Positions 62,361 to 64,000 of a DNA stretch of 64,000 nucleotides are shown one piece after another. The stretch is from Eledone cirrhosa. Lineage: Eukaryota. How positions within the stretch are numbered: the stretch's first letter is position 1; each line of letters opens with the position of its first letter. The notes beneath the pieces were generated by a model. It made no database searches. It was not told the origin of the DNA and saw only the letters and a program-made list of their open reading frames with translations. The stretch spans positions 35,836,001-35,900,000 of the forward strand of contig OZ024748.1 of assembly GCA_964016885.1 (NCBI GenBank), written 5' to 3'. Made by a program: the position numbers and the translations under genes.

Positions 62361-62870
62361 TTATGGAGGATAAGTATCTGAAAGTGAGTTAAGTTTATAT
62401 GAGCTGGAAAGCAAGTGTGATTTCATGTGTGGGCAACTGGTGAAAATTTCTGTTTTTGTATTTCGGCAGGTTTTTGGTGATTTAAGGTTCTGTAAAATCC
62501 AATATTTTTCACTTATGCAGAGTGTGCATTTTCTCATTCCTCTTGCATATTCTTTAGATTGGTTCAAAATTGACCAATCCAATTTATATTAGATACCTTG
62601 GTCTTTCAAATCCCATATTCTGCTAGCCAGAGCTGTTGTGAATCTTTTTTCTGGATGTCGGAAAGATGCGACATGTGAGTAATAACGCGTTTTGAATTTG
62701 TCTTGTGTCATACCCACATATCGTTCGCTGGTGGCTGGTTGGTTGTTGCTGATGGTTGTCACTTTAGCCGCATATACAATGGCTTTGGTGTTGCATTTAC
62801 CTTGTAATGGGCATTAACTTTTGACTCTACAGGAGCAATGTTGATGTTCTCTGGGTGTTTTCTTATTGAT
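62361..62870 (-). pseudogene. PLE Cys-linker plus GIY-YIG relic (further family)
   Basis: CSCRVKS*CPLQGKC..IVY..YVGMTQDKFKTRYYSH..IWDLKD..CTLCISEK..IFTSCPH; two TAA stops. Confidence 0.85.
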
Positions 62871-62871
62871 G

Positions 62872-62922
<51 letters not shown>

Positions 62923-62933
<11 letters not shown>

Positions 62934-63121
62934 ATAGCTTTCACCGTATTTTTGACTAAAGGAATTTTAGCCTGATAATGTACGTCAATACTCTTCTTTT
63001 TCCATTTATCTGAGGGTTCTTAACACCATTATCAGGCTAAAATTCCTTTAGTCAAAAATACGGTGAAAGCTATATATTTTCTAATTTCAAACCTGCTCAC
63101 TGTTTCAAAACATACTTACTT
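62923..63121. mobile_element. Fold-back element in (TA)n
   Basis: Arms at about 62923-62980 and 63027-63084; homologous to 25833-25986. Confidence 0.75.
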
Positions 63122-63123
63122 TA

Positions 63124-63204
<81 letters not shown>

Positions 63205-63529
63205 CTCTATATATATATATATATATGTATATATATCTCTATATATATATGTATATATGTATATATCTCTCTATATATATATGTATATATGTATATATAT
63301 TTTATATATATATATGTATATATGTATATATATTTTATATATATATATGTATATATGTATATATATTTTATATATATACATATGTGTATATACAGTATAT
63401 ATATATATATACATATGTATATACATATATATACATATGTATATACATATATATACATATATATGCATATATATTAGTACATATATATTTATACATATGT
63501 ATATATACATATGTATAAATATATATGTA

Positions 63530-63808
63530 CTCAAAAGTCAGCTCAAAAGTGACACAGAGGAGACTGAGGTTGGCTGGACATGCTCACTGACATCCAGAGT
63601 AGACATTGCACTCAGTGCTCCTTTGGGAGCCCCTACATGGACACACTAGAAGAGGAAGACCAAGGTTAACATATGTTGATGCCCTAAGGACAGACACTGG
63701 TCTGTTGGAGATGCAGGATATGGCAGCGATAATGAGGGACAGAGACCGCTGGAGAGAACTCGTCCATGGATCTCGGGAATTTTACCCGCCTTAGATAGAT
63801 AGATAGAT
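63530..63808 (+). mobile_element. 3' end of an RTE-like LINE with (TAGA)n tail
   Basis: RRLRLAGH...[34 protein letters not shown] is the typical C-terminus of RTE-clade RTs; stop codon followed by a short tandem tail. Confidence 0.75.
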
Positions 63809-63837
63809 ATATACATATATATATATATACATATGTG

Positions 63838-63895
<58 letters not shown>

Positions 63896-64000
63896 CGGGC
63901 TTATATATATATATATTGAAAGAGTGAAGAATAACATGGTCAACAGTACAAAAAAGGGTTTTATTTACAGTATTAACAATTGTTTCACTGATTAAGTTAT

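Noticed and set aside
63968-64000. Possible further HHR (minus-strand GAAA caattg TT aatac)
   Set aside because: The CUGANGA half would lie beyond the window end and cannot be verified.

Overview
AT-rich, repeat-dominated eukaryotic DNA. It is probably from a cephalopod (Octopus-like); this is inferred from the microsatellite load and the SINE sequences. Almost all short ORFs in the track are translations of (TA)n, (CA)n or (GTT)n repeats. Supported content: (1) one apparently intact Penelope-like retroelement (PLE) of Naiad type, with RT, a CxC-x5-CP-x4-C linker and a GIY-YIG endonuclease (ORF 16881-19283); also a 5'-truncated sister copy, a decayed second family on the minus strand, and two endonuclease-only relics. 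(2) Many short, mutually divergent PLE-end or fold-back elements inserted in (TA)n tracts, carrying about 15 type I hammerhead ribozyme (HHR) motifs, most with palindromic stem III. (3) A bulged hairpin, RYTC-stem-loop-stem-NN-GARY, conserved by covariation in at least 15 places downstream of those ribozymes. (4) The most novel signal: a hammerhead-like RNA whose three core strands occur in an order matching none of types I, II or III, forming a pseudoknot. It is seen in three covarying sequence variants. (5) tRNA-derived SINEs, an RTE-like LINE tail, a mariner-type MITE, a ~9.5 kb 44-bp satellite, a 63/65-bp minisatellite and one or two probable host exons on the minus strand. All structures were read by eye; no folding or database search was run.
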